This document shows, one piece after another, positions 58,211-64,000 of a stretch of 64,000 nucleotides of DNA. The notes under the pieces are model-generated. The model was not told where the DNA came from and did not search any database. It saw only the letters and a program-made list of their open reading frames with translations. This stretch comes from Marsupella aquatica. Its lineage: Eukaryota > Plantae > Marchantiophyta. Within the stretch, counting starts at the first letter, position 1. Every line of letters starts with the position of its first letter. Made by a program: the position numbers and the translations under genes. The DNA lies in contig OZ316893.1 in assembly GCA_973895155.1 (NCBI GenBank), positions 992,860 to 1,056,859 of the forward strand, in the 5' to 3' direction.

Positions 58211-59242
58211 CTACATTTTTGTACGTATAACACAAAGTAACCTTTTCTTTTTTTCATGTGGCCATCACTCAAAATTAATGTGTTTCAGAACTGGGCAGAC
58301 TTCACTTTCACATGAACTTGGGAGCTTTTGAGGGCACAAGCAAAACGTTTACATATATGCTGCTGTTGAGGGCACAAGCAAAACGTTTACATATATCCTA
58401 GCATCTAACTAGTGGGCGCCTTGTGGGTCCCTTTTTTCTTATGTTGCCTTGCTTTTTATCAAAAGCATGCTCATCTCTTGAGGTGATCTATCCAAGGTCC
58501 AGACCTAGCAGATTTTTACTTGGGAGCTCACATTTACAATGACTAAACAGTGACAATCTGTGCTCCCAAGCTATGTAAAGTCCATTCGAATGTGCTTTTG
58601 CACTACATAAGCTTACTTAGGCTCAAGCATTCACTATCCTTAGGGGTGAAGTTTGGATTTAGGGTCTCTACTGGGTAACTTGCTAAGGGGTCTTGTCTCC
58701 CTGTTTATTTTCTCTTACATGCAATTGACAATCATGTCAACTAAGTTTAATTTATTCTACTTAGTAAGTCTCAATCATACCTCTCAACTCAATGAATCCA
58801 AGTATATGAATTGAAAGAAAAATAAAATTCATGTGTAAAACCTTTAATTATCAAGACCATATCATTCATATGTTTTCTACTAAATGGGTCCACCCAAGAT
58901 TCTTGCCTAGACAAACAATCAGACTACTAGATCAAAAACCCCACCTCTCTGTGACCAAGGTATGCCAAGTTTGGGGTTACATGCCTAAGAAACTGGCCAC
59001 CAGTATTTTGGCTCTCACGTACAATCTCCTAGCCTCCAGTTTGGTTCTCGCGAGATGTACAAGCCCCAAAGATACGTTGAACGTGTTGATCAATATAGTG
59101 ACCTTTCTATCATCAATGTAAAGTCGGGTGTTAGTATAGCTTTGATGACCTTTGGTGGAACTTGGTTGGCGGTAGCAACCTGCTCAAAATTTCTCAAAAG
59201 CTACACAGCTCATTCTTCAAAGATAAGTGAGTAAGAATTTCT

Positions 59243-59593
59243 TGTTAGGGTTAAAGTACGTTAACTCTAGTCTTGGGTTAATTTCTTGTTATTTAGAATG
59301 AACCGCCATTAGGGCTTGGTGATTAGCCATGACTCTTGCATCTAGGATATAGAGGGGCTGGCTAGGGAGAGCTCTTCTTGGAGACTCATATATGATCATT
59401 GTTGAGGAGCTAGCTAGGTGCTAAGAGGAGGCTTTGTGTGGCCATGGTAGCCAAAGCTTAGTAAAGCTCTTGTGTGTTCCGGCCCATGGACGTTGCCTTC
59501 ACGAAGGTGAACCACATATCTTGGTGTGTGTGTGTGTGTGTGTGTGTGCTTGCTGGTTGTGCCCATGGTTGTATCGTGCCGGTTTTCTCAACA
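59243..59593 (+). mobile_element. Diverged LTR related to the copia LTRs; contains a (GT)n microsatellite
   Basis: gtaaagctcttgtgtgttcc..ggacgttgcc..ggtgaaccac matches the R/U5 of LTR 2699-3043. Ends TGTTAG...CTCAACA. No clean TSD. Confidence 0.55.
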
Positions 59594-60387
59594 TTGGATT
59601 GGGTACGCAAGTGTTGAGTAATTGGTGGTGATCTAAATATTTTATATGACCAAGAAAAGGTTGGGTATATAATAAACAAATTTTTTTGACAAGGATCAGT
59701 GTCTCCCTTTCCCCCAAAACTAAATTAAGAAATGAATTTTAAAAATGACCATACATTAAAAAAACAACAAAATTTTGAAATTTCTCTTTAGTCATCCAAA
59801 GTTTGGTTTTCCTCTCTTTCCATGTAGGATAGAAAACATTGTTTGATTCTTTAGATGGATCTTGTTCCTTTGGGTTCATTTTGCTTTTTCTCAGTTTTTA
59901 TCCCAGGTTCTTCACTTCTTTTCTTCCAAACCATCGTGCGCAAAGAAACTTGTCAGAGGTTTTTTAATTCTATATGGCAAAAAACTTTAAAAATTTTGCT
60001 CAAGAAAAATTGGGGTATTTTAATAATCCAATTTTGAGAATTATAAGAACTATAGGGGTTTTTCATGCCAAATTTGAGAATATTCCTAGCATATTCCATA
60101 GAGTGAGGGGTTAAAAAATTGGAAAAAGTCTTCTTTATTTTCTGAAGTTTTAGGATGTCTATTACTTGAAAACTTTGCGCGTGATATGGGACCTGGGATG
60201 GGACCCCCAAAAAAATAGAAACAAAGAAATAGACTTACGCATGGGGGTGGGGGGAGATTGATCACGGTATGGAGGGCCATGCAATGCTTTATCATTTGAC
60301 CGCCCCCCCCCCCCCCCGGTGCCCCCACACCACCTTATAAGCATTTTTTGCCTCACCCTTAGTATATTTCTTTAAATTAATCCAGCC

Positions 60388-60965
60388 ATTTTTTTGTTTT
60401 TATAACAAGAAATATACACACTTGTTATATACAAAGGGACCAAACAGAGTACAAATTAATGAACAAACAAAAGAGGGTCCAAGTGGACAAAACCAAACTT
60501 AAAAGAAGTGAGCAAAAGTGAACCACTAAACACCAAGAAAGAGGAACTAAAAGTAAGAAATGAGCAATAGGGAACCCCTAAAAAGCAAGAAGGAGAGACT
60601 AAAACTAACCCAAACGGATTCCAAGGAAAAGAAAAATTCCAAGGAAAACTAACCAAACGGACCGAGGTCCTCATCATTCCTAGCGAATGTAGCAAAAAGC
60701 TAATGGTCCACATCAAGGGTCAAAACTAGATCGGCAAGTGGGATTGGAACATCCTCTAGGGGAGCTAGCCGCTGCGGAGGCACACTAGCACCCACTGTAA
60801 GAGATCAACGATAGATGGCCCGAGCTTGAGCACGCTGTAAGGTGACTGAAATGCGTTGGCAAAAGTGCGTGGTCAAAACAGAAAGCGGGGGCCCGGTGGG
60901 ACCCATTCGGCCATGAACATCCCGGGCAGCTTGCCGAAGAAGCCCATCAAACTGAGGATGAAGAC
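60388..60965 (-). mobile_element. 3' fragment of an RLE-type (CRE-like) non-LTR retrotransposon
   Basis: Minus-strand translation HPQFDGLLRQAARDVHGRMG..HFCQRISVTLQRAQARAIYR* resembles the C-terminus of restriction-like endonuclease LINEs. It is followed by a pyrimidine-rich UTR and an A-rich tail (T tract at ~60388). Confidence 0.6.
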
Positions 60966-61559
60966 CCTTTCATTAAAATCTTTAAAACAAGTTTTCCTAC
61001 AACTAAAGATTCTTTCTACTTCTCTCTTAGTACAGTATGTTCACATGATAAGGTCAAATGATAAGGTCACATGACTTCTGAAGTGCATTGTTCTCTAAAG
61101 CCAACCATTGAATAAAACATGCACGAGGGAGCCATTGAAATCATGGGAATGGTTGAGTTGGGAGCCAGAGAGTGGATACTAGCAGGTGAATGGTGCCCAA
61201 GTTTGATGTCATTGGGGTTAGCAAGTGAGGCCTCTGCAGTATCCGGGCTCTTGATGGGTAGTGACGGGGATGACCTTCCTTCCTTTGTATTTGCATGGTT
61301 GGGGTAGGGAGCCACATCTAACCAGGGAAGGGTTGAGTTGGGAGCTAGAGAACGGATACTAGCAAGATGAATGATGCCTAGGTTTGATGCCATATATTAG
61401 GGTGCAATTGAGGCCGCTGCACCATTTGGGCTCAATCTAGATGATTTGACGTTTGGAGGGTGGCAGGGAGGACTTCTGTCCTTTGTATTCTCATTCTTTT
61501 GAATTTTGCATGACTGGGGGAGGGAACTAGCCACAGCAAATTCAGGTGAGAAAATAATT

Positions 61560-62730
61560 GACCATACTAAAACATCATGTTTGCTCGTCCGATAGTCATT
61601 GTCATTATGTTGGGATGTCCATAATTTATTTGTTTTGCCATGAAACTGAAAGTTGACCCATCCAACAGACAATAGAAGATCAACTCCAGAGCATGCACCT
61701 CTGTAGGGTGGCCCATGACCAGGAGGGAGAGAGGGTTGGACCAGAGCCCAAAGTGGACCAGCCAGGGCTGAGGCAATACCAATGCTCCCACCACTACACC
61801 CCACCCACACACACACTCACCCTCCACAACCCTTGCATGTGGAGGGGGGATTGAACTTGAGACCTCTAGGTTCTAGGCTTATATCCTGGCCAACTGACCC
61901 CATCCGGCCAGTTGGTTGGATATCCAAAATTTAAGATTTTGGCGTTGACTAGCATCCCTCACTAATACCCATCATTTTTGTGTAGACAATGTGTAGTTAC
62001 TAGAAATAGAAATATGTTGCAGACTTCAATATGTTCAACTTCAAATTTGGCTTTGTTGTCTCAAAGTCCTGTTATACATGGTGGGCCCCACTAAGATGTC
62101 TCGTTGATATCTTTGACTACTATTTAAGGCTTGGAGTGGATTGTTTTGGGGATGAGAAAATCGGGTATTGCAGACGAGACAGGAGACAATAACCAGGTTT
62201 GCTGTTACTAGTTTGATGTTAGCTGCTAACAAAAAACTGTGACATGTAATAACAAGGAAACTTTTGGGTTCAAGGGAATAAAGTACTTTTCACCCGTTCA
62301 GCAGTAGAGCCCTTTATCCTTAGAAACACCATTTGTTATTGGTTGTGCACACCAAATTAAATATGCATGTTTAACTAATCAATGGCTTTGTCCCACCCAG
62401 AAAAATACTGCTTGCAAAAACTCAAATCAATGCAAATTTATGTTCCTTATATATCCACTCCAAGAACACTAGTCAAGGATATCAAGGAGACATCTTAGGG
62501 GGACTTCAAAACAACAAACGCAAATGTGAAGTTGGACCATCGGACACCTACTTTGTCCCTTCGGTTGAGCAGCGTTAACATATTTCAGACCTTTTCTGGT
62601 AACTATGCATTGTCTACAAAACAATGATGGGAACGTAATAGCGCTTGACACCAATTATCTGAAATTATGGACATCCCAAAACAATGCCTACTACTGTCAG
62701 ATGAGCAAACGTGATGCTTCAGTATGGTCA
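61560..62730. repeat. Degenerate long inverted repeat (foldback/MULE-like); left arm interrupted by an insertion
   Basis: 61560-61627 and 61915-62010 are diverged reverse complements of 62660-62730 and 62590-62680. Confidence 0.55.
61690..61912 (-). mobile_element. tRNA-derived SINE-like element
   Basis: The minus strand shows an A-box-like TGGGGTCAGTTGG and a B-box-like GTTCAATCC at tRNA-like spacing (61846-61905). The 3' end is uncertain. Confidence 0.5.
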
Positions 62731-62931
62731 AGTGAACTTATTTTCATGCGGATGAGATTCCACCTCAACTCGTCATTTAGAGTAAATCCAGCCCGAATTT
62801 TCCCATTAGATGCTTACGATCTGCCAGATGAAGCAACGGAGGGTAGTCGGCCATGATGCGATAGAAGGATTGGCGTTTGTCCTTCAAGTCCAGCCTACTT
62901 TCTCTTGGTCAAATTAGGTCTTGCGGTCAAC

Positions 62932-63240
62932 CTATTCATTAAAAGTGAATTATTATTCTATTTATGAACATTTGGGCAATATAAAGTGTACTTTTGGCTT
63001 TCAAAAAGTGTATATTTTGGCAAGAAACAAACTTCATGGCCATTACACATACCACCATGTTCATCCTTTGTAAATGAATTAGGACAAGACCACTTCTAGT
63101 AAAGATACGTTTTGCACCCTGAAGATTACAATTGACCATTTGGGTGTAGAGTATTGCACTATAATGCACAATTTGGTGTTAAAAAGTGTACATTTAGAGA
63201 TCAAAAAGTGAACAAAATCAAATACACTTTTAATGAATAG
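62932..63240. mobile_element. MITE with TIR CTATTCATTAAAAGTG (copy 2)
   Basis: Same TIRs and internal sequence as 52698-53028. Confidence 0.8.
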
Positions 63241-64000
63241 AGTGGCCACGCGGAACTCACACTTCTGTTGCAGATTTCTCCTTGGATTCTACTATGTTAC
63301 GGATCTTCTGGACGTTGCTGCCACTTGCCCGTCTAGTACAAACATACACGTTTGAGCCATAGTTGTTTCAACATCCCTGGACTAAGTCAAACTCATACTT
63401 CTGTTGCAGATTTCTTTCCAGATTCTACTCTATAATGGATTTCTTTCACCCGGGATTTACTAGATTGCCACTTGTTTTTTGGCATAATACACACTTTGCC
63501 ACTGAATTTTTTCCTATTTATCACTATGCCACTCTTTTTGTTTGTGGGTTAAGAAAACTAACCCAGGTTAGCTCCTTCACATCCAATGGCTGTCATCACA
63601 CACAATGTTTTGATCAGATGGCCTGAGTCTCCCTCAAAGTGACTTTGACTATCTTGAGGACTAGGGCAAAGGCTCCGCACAGGTATAGGCTAGCATTAGA
63701 CAGAGACCATGTGTAGGATGGGGGGACAGGACCACTCAACCCACTCCTTCACCTTCCTTGCTCCTTCCGAGTCTATTGAGGCAAACTCTTCCTTCTTGTT
63801 TTTAGGTTATTCTCCCCATGACCCGTTCCTTGAATGTAAATAAATATGAAGAAAATTCTTGCACAATAAAATTTATATCCTATTTTGGTTAGTCTTTGCT
63901 CCATCCTTGTTTTTTGTCCATCCTCATTTCAGTTATGTCTTTTTAGGGTTAATGTCACTTTTGTCCATCCTCATTGACCTTATTGAACCTCAAGTTTTGT

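Noticed and set aside
61846-61912. tRNA gene
   Set aside because: A and B boxes are present but no convincing cloverleaf or acceptor stem; treated as a SINE head.

Overview
Repeat-rich nuclear DNA from a land plant, most likely a bryophyte such as a moss (inferred from gene families and intron style). From left to right: (i) the decayed 3' half and 3' LTR of a Ty1/copia element; (ii) a 7-exon chloroplast DnaJ-ferredoxin gene resembling DJC82; (iii) an intronless, putatively secreted Cys-rich ORF; (iv) three paralogous PLS-DYW PPR genes (candidate C-to-U editing factors) built from 303-bp repeat units and embedded in nested inverted duplications with pseudogene fragments; (v) a ~12-13 kb decayed DNA transposon at ~39.9-52.6 kb; (vi) solo LTRs, MITEs, a SINE-like element and an RLE-type LINE fragment; (vii) a chalcone-synthase-family type III PKS with an apparently newly gained intron. 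The transposon is the main point of interest. It has a rightward DDE transposase with a GHTHEDVD motif and three N-terminal Tnp1/En-Spm-like domains. Divergently, it has one 5-exon gene that splices in phase into a ~1,720-aa fusion of a ParB-like domain, an amino(N4/N6)-DNA-methyltransferase-like domain and an FCP1/SCP phosphatase-like domain. Arrays of the palindrome CGCTC-N3-GAGCG sit in its introns and leader region. All domain calls come from motif recognition by eye, with no database search.
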